Assembly (NCBI GenBank): GCA_964534625.1
Contig: CAZHRF010000010.1
Location: forward strand, 41,430 to 73,429
Length of the DNA stretch: 32,000 nucleotides
Direction: 5' to 3'
Origin: an uncultured archaeon
GTDB lineage: Archaea > Asgardarchaeota > Heimdallarchaeia > Heimdallarchaeales > Heimdallarchaeaceae
The notes beneath the pieces were generated by a model. It was not told the DNA's origin and ran no database searches. It saw only the letters and a list, made by a program, of their open reading frames with translations. The first letter of the stretch is position 1. The number at the start of each line of letters is the position of its first letter. Below are positions 17,302-25,940 of the stretch, piece after piece. A program made the position numbers and the translations under genes.

Positions 17302-18759
17302 TTATCCTTTAATGTTACCTATAGGTCTTAATCTTACTATAGGTTTTCCTATATTAGCCACCTTTAATGCTTTAACAACTTTATCAATGTCTTTATAGGC
17401 TATACCAGCTTCTTCAGCTAGACCGGCCATTGAAGCTCCCTTTATGTAGATGCCTTTTTCTCTTAATTCTTTCAGAAGTGTTTCTCCCCATACTTCTCTC
17501 TTTGCTTGACTTCTACTCATTGTTCGTCCAGCACCATGAGCAGTTGAACCAAAACTAACATCCATAGATCCTTGAGTTCCAGTTAAAACATATGAACCTG
17601 TTTCCATTGAACCTCCAATTAAGACTGGTTGTCCGATGTTTTGGTAATCTTTAGGAACTTCTGAATGATTTGGTGGGAAAGATCTAGTTGCCCCTTTACG
17701 ATGAACTACAACTTTACGTTTTTCGCCATTAATAGTATGATCTTCAAATTTAGCAATGTTATGAGCAACATCATAAACTAGTTTAATGGCAAGTTCATCT
17801 TGATCTTTTCCAAAAACTTCAGAAAATACTTTTCGAACATTATTGGTTATAACTTGTCTATTTGCAAAGGCCATATTAGCTGCACAACTCATAGCTGCGT
17901 AATAATCTTGTCCTTCTTCAGACTGAATAGGAGCACTAGCTAATTCTTTATCTCTAATTGGTATATTATATTTCTTCATTGCTTTAAGAAAAGACCTTAG
18001 GTAATCAGATCCAATTTGATGTCCAAAACCCCTAGAACCACAATGTATCATAATTGTAACATTACCAGGTTTCAGATTCAATTGTTTAGCTATTTTTTCA
18101 TCAAAAACATCATTTTCACTCAAAGTTTGTATTTCTAAAAAGTGATTACCAGAGCCTAATGTTCCAACCTGTTTATAACCCCGATTCATTGCTTTTTGAC
18201 TTACTGCCGCGGGATTCGCTTGTTCAAGATGTCCTTCATTTTCTGTGTGTCTAACATCTTCTTTAGTCGCATAACCATTTTCTTCACACCACTTTGATCC
18301 TCGTGTTATAACCCCTTCAAACTCTGATTTACTAATATGTAAAGCCCCTTTTACACCCACACCAGCTGGAACCTGTTGAAAAAGTTTTTCAACTAAATGT
18401 TTAATTTTAGGCCTTACTTCATCTTCGGCAAGATTAGTTGTCAATAATCTTACACCACAATTAATATCAAATCCTATACCTCCTGGGCTTATAACTCCTT
18501 CTTCTATATCCATAGCTGCAACGCCTCCAATTGGAAAACCATATCCAACGTGGGCATCGGGAAGTGCCAAAGAATAATTTTGAACACCAGGTAAAGTAGC
18601 TACATTGGTTATTTGGTCAATGACTTTTTTTTCAATAAATTCCTTAATTTCAGGTGTAGCAATAATTCTGGCAGGAACTTTCATTCCGTTCTTGTAGGAA
18701 GTGGGGATTTCCCATGTAAAATCGTTAATTTTCTTCATTTGTATATTATCTAATGACAT
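17302..18759 (-). CDS. rtcB: RNA-splicing ligase RtcB (3'-phosphate/5'-hydroxyl RNA ligase); no intein
   Basis: Motifs: GGIGFDINCGVR, IHCGSRGFGHQ, STAHGAGR (catalytic His). The track starts at TTG 18768. ATGs at 18759 (MSLDNIQMKKIND) and 18738 are both plausible starts. Confidence 0.93.
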   Translation of the reverse strand: MSLDNIQMKKINDFTWEIPTSYKNGMKVPARIIATPEIKEFIEKKVIDQITNVATLPGVQNYSLALPDAHVGYGFPIGGVAAMDIEEGVISPGGIGFDINCGVRLLTTNLAEDEVRPKIKHLVEKLFQQVPAGVGVKGALHISKSEFEGVITRGSKWCEENGYATKEDVRHTENEGHLEQANPAAVSQKAMNRGYKQVGTLGSGNHFLEIQTLSENDVFDEKIAKQLNLKPGNVTIMIHCGSRGFGHQIGSDYLRSFLKAMKKYNIPIRDKELASAPIQSEEGQDYYAAMSCAANMAFANRQVITNNVRKVFSEVFGKDQDELAIKLVYDVAHNIAKFEDHTINGEKRKVVVHRKGATRSFPPNHSEVPKDYQNIGQPVLIGGSMETGSYVLTGTQGSMDVSFGSTAHGAGRTMSRSQAKREVWGETLLKELREKGIYIKGASMAGLAEEAGIAYKDIDKVVKALKVANIGKPIVRLRPIGNIKG

Positions 18760-18897
18760 TAATCTCAAACTGTAGTAAACTTTATTTTTTAATAAACTCT
18801 GTCATTCATCAGTTTTTTGTAAATTCTCATCCATCAAAGTATTTTTTAAAAACTGCTAATATTTTTTATTCAATAGAATAGTATAAATGTGATAGAT

Positions 18898-19329
18898 ATG
18901 TATAATATCAATATTTTAGAAGATAGAATTATTGGTGACTTCGAGTTTGAAGTTACCGCTGATTCGCTTAATGAATTGTTTACGGGTGCGGGTATTGCTA
19001 CGGTTAAAGCAATGGTAGATCCTACTTCAATCAGTAATAATAAATCATGGAAAATAGAACTTGAGGAACAAGATTTAGAATTTTTATTATTTGATTTCTT
19101 AAACGAGATTATAGCATTAAAAGATAGTAAAACTGTTCTTTTTAGAGACTTTAGTGTAGATATATCAAAATCTGATGAAATGTATATACTTAAAGCCAGT
19201 TTTCATGGAGATAAAATAGATTATAATAATACCTCATTATTAACTGATGTAAAAGCTGTTACAATGCATGAATTTATCGTTGAAAAAAGAGATGAAATGT
19301 GGTTTTGTCACGTTATACTTGATTTATAA
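18898..19329 (+). CDS. Archease (RtcB activator)
   Basis: 143 aa from the ATG at 18898. It matches the archease pattern throughout (DSLNELFTGAGIATVKAMVD, EEQDLEFLLFDFLNEII, DVKAVTMHEFIVEK...WFCHVILDL) and is divergent from rtcB. The usual N-terminal HTAD motif reads IIGD here. Confidence 0.8.
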   Translation: MYNINILEDRIIGDFEFEVTADSLNELFTGAGIATVKAMVDPTSISNNKSWKIELEEQDLEFLLFDFLNEIIALKDSKTVLFRDFSVDISKSDEMYILKASFHGDKIDYNNTSLLTDVKAVTMHEFIVEKRDEMWFCHVILDL

Positions 19330-19446
19330 ATGAACCCTCACGTTATTCTATGTTGAATTTTTTTACACAGTAGTTGCTTGATAAAACTTTTAAGTAAACT
19401 ATCTAACCTAGAACACGATTCAGAGAATCATATGAGGTAAACAAAA

Positions 19447-19857
19447 ATGACTGATGTAATAAAAGTTTTAGATAAATATAGCGTTAGAAAAGACTGTTTG
19501 TACACTGAAAACCACGAATGGGTTCGCAAAGAAGGCGAAATCTACATTTATGGGATTTCCGACTATGCTCAACAAAAACTTGATGCATTAACTTTTGCAG
19601 AAGTTCCTGACGAAGGTTCTTCTTTTGATAAAGGAGAGGATATGGGTTTTGTCGAAGCACTAAAAACAACCGAAGACTATTATGCGCCTTTTGACTGTGA
19701 AGTTGTTGAAGCTAACAAAGACTTAGAAGAAGATGCTGAAGTTATAAATGATTCACCCTATGAAGATGGATGGATTGTTAAGATCAAAGCATTAGGTGAA
19801 GTAGAAGGATTACTTTCAGCTGAAGATTACGTAGAATTTATTAAAAATAATGAATAG
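19447..19857 (+). CDS. gcvH: Glycine cleavage system H protein (lipoyl carrier)
   Basis: 136 aa. Motifs: YTENHEWVR, GISDYAQQKL, lipoyl-lysine context VEALKTTEDYYAPFDCEV, and PYEDGWIVKI. GAGGT lies 9 nt upstream of the ATG. Confidence 0.92.
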   Translation: MTDVIKVLDKYSVRKDCLYTENHEWVRKEGEIYIYGISDYAQQKLDALTFAEVPDEGSSFDKGEDMGFVEALKTTEDYYAPFDCEVVEANKDLEEDAEVINDSPYEDGWIVKIKALGEVEGLLSAEDYVEFIKNNE

Positions 19858-19870
19858 GAGCAAAAACTCT

Positions 19871-21265
19871 ATGAACAATTTTTCGCACCCTTATCTTGGC
19901 AATTCTTCACAAGATATTCAAGAAATGCTAGATTTTTTAGGACTAAAATCTGTTGAAGATCTTTTTGCAGATATTCCTGACTCAATCAAATTTAAAGGAA
20001 AACTAACCAAAATCCCTCATTTTACGAGTGAATATGACGTTCTTCAACACATTGAAAAAACTCTCGCAAACAATATAACAACTCGAGAGTTTCACTCATT
20101 TTTAGGGGGCGGAATTCTTGACGTATATATTCCAGCTTCACAAGACGAACTACTACGCCGTTCTGAGTTTTATTCTGCATATACACCGTATCAACCCGAG
20201 ATAAGCCAAGGTATGCTTCAAAGTTTATTCGAATATCAGAGTTATATGTGTGAATTATTAGAGATGGACATTTCTAACTCTTCATTATATGATTGGGCAA
20301 CAGCACTAGGTGAATCTGCCCTTATGTGTGCACGTATAACTGGAAAAAACAAGTTCTTATATACACAAGCTATTTCTCCGCACAGATTGAAAGTTTTGGA
20401 GAACTACACCAAAGGGGCAGATATACAATTAATACCAATTCCTTATAATCCGACTACTGGAAAAATGGATATTGAGAAGGCTAAAGAATTAATTGATGAT
20501 GAAACAGCTGGAGTGTATTTTGAGAATCCAAACTATTTTGGGATAATTGAAGACAATATCCAGGAGATTACAGATTTTCTTAAAGATAAAAAAGCCTTAG
20601 CAGTAGCAGGAGTTGAACTTTCGACTCTTGGAATTATGGAAGCACCAGGTAATTATGGTGCAGATGTAGCAATTGGAGAAGGACAAACAATTGGTTCAGG
20701 ACCGTTAAGTTTTGGAGGACCACTACTTGGGGTATTCACAATGAAATTTGAAAGAAGATGGATACGCCATGCACCAGGTAGAATTGTAGGTCAAACCATC
20801 ACTCAAAATGAAGGAGAAGTTGCATACGTAAATACATTACAAACACGAGAGCAACATATACGAAGAGAAAAAGCAACAAGTAATATCTGTACTAATCAAG
20901 CATTAGCCGCTGTTAGTACAACCATCCACTTGTCATTGCTTGGACCTCAAGGTCTTCGAGAAACGGGTGAAAATATGTATTATAATGCCCACTACTTGGC
21001 TGATGAGCTAAGAAAAGCAGGAATAGATCTAAAATATTCTGGGGGATTTTTCAATTCGTTTGTGATAGATTTGAATATTGCAGAGAATATCAGAGAAGAT
21101 TTTGTCAAGTACATGATTAGTAAAAAGATTTTCCCGGGCATTCCAATACTCAATGAAGATGGTTCTGCGGATTATTTAGTTACTACTAGTTATTTGTTAA
21201 AAAAGGATAGTCTGGATACATTTGTTAAAGCATTAGTTGAATGGAGGAATGGAAATGGAATATAG
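19871..21265 (+). CDS. gcvPA: Glycine dehydrogenase (decarboxylating) subunit 1 (GcvPA)
   Basis: Motifs: YTPYQPEISQGMLQSLFEYQ and REQHIRREKATSNICTNQAL. The start is ambiguous. ATG 19850 overlaps the gcvH stop. ATG 19871 (MNNFSHPYLGN) has GGAG 10 nt upstream and gives an N-terminus more like known archaeal GcvPA proteins. Confidence 0.9.
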   Translation: MNNFSHPYLGNSSQDIQEMLDFLGLKSVEDLFADIPDSIKFKGKLTKIPHFTSEYDVLQHIEKTLANNITTREFHSFLGGGILDVYIPASQDELLRRSEFYSAYTPYQPEISQGMLQSLFEYQSYMCELLEMDISNSSLYDWATALGESALMCARITGKNKFLYTQAISPHRLKVLENYTKGADIQLIPIPYNPTTGKMDIEKAKELIDDETAGVYFENPNYFGIIEDNIQEITDFLKDKKALAVAGVELSTLGIMEAPGNYGADVAIGEGQTIGSGPLSFGGPLLGVFTMKFERRWIRHAPGRIVGQTITQNEGEVAYVNTLQTREQHIRREKATSNICTNQALAAVSTTIHLSLLGPQGLRETGENMYYNAHYLADELRKAGIDLKYSGGFFNSFVIDLNIAENIREDFVKYMISKKIFPGIPILNEDGSADYLVTTSYLLKKDSLDTFVKALVEWRNGNGI

Positions 21266-22760
21266 ACAAGCAAGGCACAATGAACCACTAATATTTGAGC
21301 TAAGCAAAAAGGGGAGAAGAGCATCTTTTCCAACACAGACAGATGTTCCAAAAAAAGATATCACTATACCCAAAAATATGCTGAGAAAAAACTCACCTTT
21401 ACTACCAGAAATGAGTGAAGGAGAAGTTTATCGCCATTTCTTGAAACTCTCACAAATGAATTATGCAATTGATGTGGGAACTTACCCATTAGGCTCTTGT
21501 ACAATGAAATTCAATCCAAAAATTAACGAAACAGTAGCGAGATTACCAAAAATAGCATATACACATCCCGCACAACCTTGTGAAACTGTACAAGGAGTTC
21601 TAAAAATCTTGTATGACCTTCAGAATGCTTTAAGTGAATTAGCAGGTCTACCCCATTGTACTCTTCAACCAGCTGCAGGTGCTCAAGGTGAATATGTTGG
21701 ATTAGCACTAATTCGAGCATACCATCATGATCATGGCGATACGCAAAGAGATGAAATTATTGTTCCTGATGCTAGTCATGGTACTAACCCAGCTAGCTCG
21801 TCCATGAATGGGTTCAAAACCATTGTAATTTCAACCAACGAGAAAGGACAAGTTGATCTTGATGAACTCAAAGCCGCTGTATCAGAGAAAACAGCGGGAT
21901 TAATGTTAACTAATCCCAATACTATTGGTATCTTTGAATCCAAAATTGAGGAAATTGCAAAAATTGTTAAGGAAGAAGGTGGGCTTTTGTACTATGACGG
22001 TGCGAATTTTAATGCGATAATGGGGAAAATCCGTCCAGGTGACATGGGATTTGATGTATTGCACTATAATCTACATAAAACTTTTTCTACACCTCACGGC
22101 GGTGGTGGTCCAGGGGTCGGGGCAGTTTGTTGTTCTAATGAACTTGCTCCATATTTACCAATTCCTATAATAGAAATTGATGATGAAAAAGGCATTTATA
22201 CAGCGAATTACGAGAAACCGAAGTCTATAGGAAAAATCCATGGGTTCTATGGTAATATAGGCGTATGTATAAGAGCATATGCATATATTTGCGCCTTGGG
22301 TAAAGAAGGACTGAAAAAAGTGGCAGAACATGCTGTTCTTGTTTCTAACTATATGTTACGAAACATGGAGAAGATTGAAGGGCTAAACTTAACTTATGCT
22401 CCAGAGACCCCTCGAAAACACGAATTTGTCCTTTCTGCAGATGAACTTAAGAAAGAATATAACATTTCAGCAATGGATGTTGCCAAACTGTTATTAAATA
22501 AAGGTTTGCATGCACCTACAGTTTATTTCCCCTTGAACATACATGAGGCATTGATGGTTGAACCAACAGAAAATGAAAACAAAGAACGAATAGACGCATA
22601 CGTCAAACTCTTAAAAGAAGAAATAGACAAAGCTAAAAAAGATGAAGAATATGCGCATCAAGCACCCAAAAACACAGCTATTGGTCGTGTAGATGATGTA
22701 TATGCTGCACGCAATTTCTTACTTTCTTGGAGATTGATAAAGCAAAAAAAGAACAAATAG
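21255..22760 (+). CDS. gcvPB: Glycine dehydrogenase (decarboxylating) subunit 2 (GcvPB)
   Basis: MEYRQARHNEPLIFE is a typical N-terminus. The PLP-lysine motif is NLHKTFSTPHGGGGPG. GGAGG (21243-21247) lies 7 nt upstream of ATG 21255. The gene overlaps the end of gcvPA by 11 nt. Confidence 0.92.
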   Translation: MEYRQARHNEPLIFELSKKGRRASFPTQTDVPKKDITIPKNMLRKNSPLLPEMSEGEVYRHFLKLSQMNYAIDVGTYPLGSCTMKFNPKINETVARLPKIAYTHPAQPCETVQGVLKILYDLQNALSELAGLPHCTLQPAAGAQGEYVGLALIRAYHHDHGDTQRDEIIVPDASHGTNPASSSMNGFKTIVISTNEKGQVDLDELKAAVSEKTAGLMLTNPNTIGIFESKIEEIAKIVKEEGGLLYYDGANFNAIMGKIRPGDMGFDVLHYNLHKTFSTPHGGGGPGVGAVCCSNELAPYLPIPIIEIDDEKGIYTANYEKPKSIGKIHGFYGNIGVCIRAYAYICALGKEGLKKVAEHAVLVSNYMLRNMEKIEGLNLTYAPETPRKHEFVLSADELKKEYNISAMDVAKLLLNKGLHAPTVYFPLNIHEALMVEPTENENKERIDAYVKLLKEEIDKAKKDEEYAHQAPKNTAIGRVDDVYAARNFLLSWRLIKQKKNK

Positions 22761-22786
22761 GGGAAAATCCCCTTTTACTATTTTTT
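22760..22786. terminator. GGGGA-AAA-TCCCC hairpin followed by T4 and T6 runs, between convergent genes
   Basis: GGGGAAAATCCCC at 22760-22772 starts within the gcvPB stop codon and is followed by TTTTACTATTTTTT. Both the hairpin and the oligo-T tracts are consistent with transcript termination. Confidence 0.5.
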
Positions 22787-22795
22787 ATCTGTTTT

Positions 22796-23263
22796 TTATC
22801 TTCTTTTTTCAACTGGAGGATTGAAGAAGACAGCAATTATTAATAAAATACTCATTCCAATTACTTCTTTTAGAGCTATATTATTTGCTAGATCTTCAGG
22901 CATTCCCTCACGAAAAACTTCAATCGCTTGAAATGCAAAGAATATAACAAGAATCTGAATTAAAAGATATAATATTATGGCTAGTGTCCCACCACGTAAA
23001 ATGTATTTCCAGACCAGCTCATCTGTAGGATTACGATTGCGGCTCATCAAATAATCACTGATTAACAAACCTACAGCTGTTAACCCAATTGCACCAAAGA
23101 TAGGAAAAGCTATCAATAACGCTACATAGCCTTCTTGGTTCAATTTCATAATTTCACTTAAATAATAATAATGGGGTAATTGCGCTAAAATTGACATTGC
23201 TAATAAAGCCAAAATTGTAGGCAAACCAGTTGTACGATTCCAAATTTTTATTTTATTACTCAT
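22796..23263 (-). CDS. Hypothetical membrane protein (about 4 TM)
   Basis: 155 aa with four clear hydrophobic segments (e.g. LPTILALLAMSILAQL, LLIAFPIFGAIGLTAVGLLI). No recognisable motif. Confidence 0.6.
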   Translation of the reverse strand: MSNKIKIWNRTTGLPTILALLAMSILAQLPHYYYLSEIMKLNQEGYVALLIAFPIFGAIGLTAVGLLISDYLMSRNRNPTDELVWKYILRGGTLAIILYLLIQILVIFFAFQAIEVFREGMPEDLANNIALKEVIGMSILLIIAVFFNPPVEKRR

Positions 23264-23424
23264 ATTAACAGCCCTTTTTCTTCTTTGCTACTTACACTAG
23301 TCGTTTTTTTAAAACTTTTGATGAAGATTATAATGTTTACTGTCGATGAGCAGTACAAGAATAACACTATTTCTTAATAGTTGCAAGCTAAAATCAAATC
23401 AAATCTAAAAAGAAAGATTTTTTC

Positions 23425-24987
23425 TTATGGTGCATCATCGTGTCCCTCGAAATAGTATCCTTTTTCTATTCTAAATTCGCAATATTTGTATCCAGTTCCA
23501 TGGCACTTTGTTTCTGTCACTATTGGGGGTTCCTTTAAGAGTAGAGATAACCTCCCAGCAATATATCCAGCCATGAAATCACATAATGTCTCATTAAGGT
23601 TGGTTTCAGATAAATCAGCACCAGAAGCATATGCACATTCATATATGCGGATATACATTTCATCTTCATCTTCACCATCATAAATCTCAACAAATGAGTA
23701 TTCTCTTTTAAGAATATTTGATGGATGAATTAGATATTTATGAAGAAATTCAACCGCTTCTTTCAATGAATCTAGCGGGAGTTTCTCTGCATCTAGAATT
23801 TCATAAATAATATTCTTACCAGGTCCTACAATACCCAACTCTCTTGCTGCTGTATAGAGAAGAGCTGCACAATACTTATCTCGAAATTTCAAGGACATAA
23901 TCTGTTGTTGTAACGTACTAATATGAACATAATCAATATCATTTGGTCTCAACTTTTCTTTCATCATTAATGACGCATAGCCATTTTTCATTGTTTCATG
24001 AATTAACTCGTAAAACATTTGTTTTCTGTACTCTTCAGCTGGCATGTCTCCAAAAAATTTAATTGTTTTATCTTCTTCTGATATTTCATGTTTTTTATAA
24101 GGGGCATATCCGGGTTCTTTGCCGATATATACGTTTATTTCAAATTCACAATATGGCGCTCCCAACCCCTTACAATTTGTTTCAACTACACGGGTTGCAG
24201 AACCAAGCATTGCTTCAACAGTACCAGCTATTTCTCCTGCTATGAAGTGACAGAGAGTTTCACCAACATTTATTGCACCAGCACTATTAACCAAATCATA
24301 TATACGTAATTTAGCCCTATATCCGTCTAATTCAGCCACATCAGTTTGTGTTGCTAAGTATAGTGGAATTTCACTATTGTGACTATAAAGTTTAGCTAAT
24401 CCAATTAAAACTTCCTGAAATCTTTCAGCAGGATTAATAGTACCAACTTTTGCATTCAAAACAGTAAGATAAAAAGGAAATGCACCATAAGTCCCTAGTT
24501 CGCGACCAGAGAGATAGAGTAATTGAGGAACAAGCGGATCTAATGAAAGTAATGATAATAAAACTTGCTGATACACAGAGATATGACAGTAATCCCCAAT
24601 ATTTTCGCGTAAAAGTTCTTGAGAGATTATACTATCTATAGTATTTTTTGTGAGAACCATCATTGATTCTTTACGTCGCGTATGACGTTCTTGAGAAACC
24701 ATTGTGGGTAAAATTTTTGACCAAATTCGTTCCCGTATTACATCTTCAGTAATCATTCCTTGTGCTAAGATTTCATTATTCATCATTAAAACAGGTACGG
24801 ACATGATTCCATATTGATTTGCTATTTCTTGTTCTTCTGAAATATCAATCTTGGACACATGAATTGTATCTTGCATAGATAATCCTACTACTTGTTCGAC
24901 GATACGTTCAACTTCTGGACAAGCAAAACAAGTTGGACTGGTGAATAAAAGCAATCTTATTTTCTCTGACATATCTTCATTTGACAT
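23425..24987 (-). CDS. Three-domain protein: N-terminal thioredoxin-like domain (CFAC) plus two tandem V4R (4-vinyl reductase / COG1719-type) domains
   Basis: 520 aa. The Trx-like part is LLLFTSPTCFACPEVERIVEQ...YGIMSVPVLMMNNE. The internal duplication of about 190 aa is visible by eye. Repeat A reads YCHISVYQQ...LYLSGRELG...ETLCHFIAGEIAGTVEAML...VVETNCKGLGAPYCEFEINV. Repeat B reads YVHISTLQQ...LYTAARELG...ETLCDFMAGYIAGRLSLLL...VTETKCHGTGYKYCEFRIEKG. The C...ExxCxxxGxxxCEF ending is the V4R hallmark. Confidence 0.75.
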   Translation of the reverse strand: MSNEDMSEKIRLLLFTSPTCFACPEVERIVEQVVGLSMQDTIHVSKIDISEEQEIANQYGIMSVPVLMMNNEILAQGMITEDVIRERIWSKILPTMVSQERHTRRKESMMVLTKNTIDSIISQELLRENIGDYCHISVYQQVLLSLLSLDPLVPQLLYLSGRELGTYGAFPFYLTVLNAKVGTINPAERFQEVLIGLAKLYSHNSEIPLYLATQTDVAELDGYRAKLRIYDLVNSAGAINVGETLCHFIAGEIAGTVEAMLGSATRVVETNCKGLGAPYCEFEINVYIGKEPGYAPYKKHEISEEDKTIKFFGDMPAEEYRKQMFYELIHETMKNGYASLMMKEKLRPNDIDYVHISTLQQQIMSLKFRDKYCAALLYTAARELGIVGPGKNIIYEILDAEKLPLDSLKEAVEFLHKYLIHPSNILKREYSFVEIYDGEDEDEMYIRIYECAYASGADLSETNLNETLCDFMAGYIAGRLSLLLKEPPIVTETKCHGTGYKYCEFRIEKGYYFEGHDDAP

Positions 24988-25052
24988 ACTGCTTTCTAAA
25001 ATATCAATCCTCTTTTAAACTATAAACATTTCCTATTGGGAAAAATTAACGT

Positions 25053-25757
25053 TTATTTATTATTAATAGGTAACAACTGCTCTGCAGGCGCATATCGACT
25101 TAAAACATTAAATTTTTCAGCATATTGAACACCACATTCCATTCCATTAGATCGTCTTCTAACATCGAGCCAGTCACCCATTCCCCAGCCATAGAATTCA
25201 GCATAAAGTTGGTAACCAGATCTCACTTTATCAAAGTTTTTTGTTATGTCAACGTGCACAACTCTGAGAGGTGAATTACTATCATAATACAAAAACATTG
25301 GTACATGATAACGTGGTCTGTGAGGTGGTTCGGGATCAGTTATACGGGGTAATCGTGCATAGGTAAGAGCATCATACAGAAGATTAACAGTACCACGATG
25401 ATCTGGATGGCTGTTCGTTTGGTTCCAAGTTACAATTGCATCGGGTTTTAATTGAGCTATTAATTTAGCCATTTTAAGAGCATTTTCTCTAGTACTAAAA
25501 ACTGATGTGTCTTTATGGTCCATAAAGAGAGTTTCACAGTCAATGATAGCTCCAATTTTCTTTCCTTGCTCTTCTCTAATATCTTTAACTTGATCGAAAG
25601 ACATACCGTCAAAAAACGAAGCCATTTCACCTGAAGTTGTCCAAGCCAATATGACTTTATCTCCATTATCTACGTGGTTTACAAGCGTTCCCAAACAGCT
25701 TAATTCGTCATCAGGATGCGCAAAACATGCAAAAATGGTTTTCTTTTTTTTATCCAT
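25053..25757 (-). CDS. PIG-L / LmbE-family N-acetylglucosaminyl deacetylase
   Basis: The ATG at 25757 gives MDKKKKTIFACFAHPDDE. The Zn-binding motifs AHPDDE and HPDH (NSHPDHRGT) are present. The track's longer N-terminus lacks support. Confidence 0.82.
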   Translation of the reverse strand: MDKKKKTIFACFAHPDDELSCLGTLVNHVDNGDKVILAWTTSGEMASFFDGMSFDQVKDIREEQGKKIGAIIDCETLFMDHKDTSVFSTRENALKMAKLIAQLKPDAIVTWNQTNSHPDHRGTVNLLYDALTYARLPRITDPEPPHRPRYHVPMFLYYDSNSPLRVVHVDITKNFDKVRSGYQLYAEFYGWGMGDWLDVRRRSNGMECGVQYAEKFNVLSRYAPAEQLLPINNK

Positions 25758-25940
25758 ACTATTACTTCCAAAATTATCAATTTTAATATTACGATTTGGC
25801 GACAGTTTAAACAAAAAAATTAACACTATACCTTCTTTCCACAGAAAATAATTATGTATACATTATTAAAATCTTATATTACTAGTAAATAGCCTTTTAT
25901 AATTAAATCTTTAAAATTTAAGTACCCAGAGGCTTAATAT

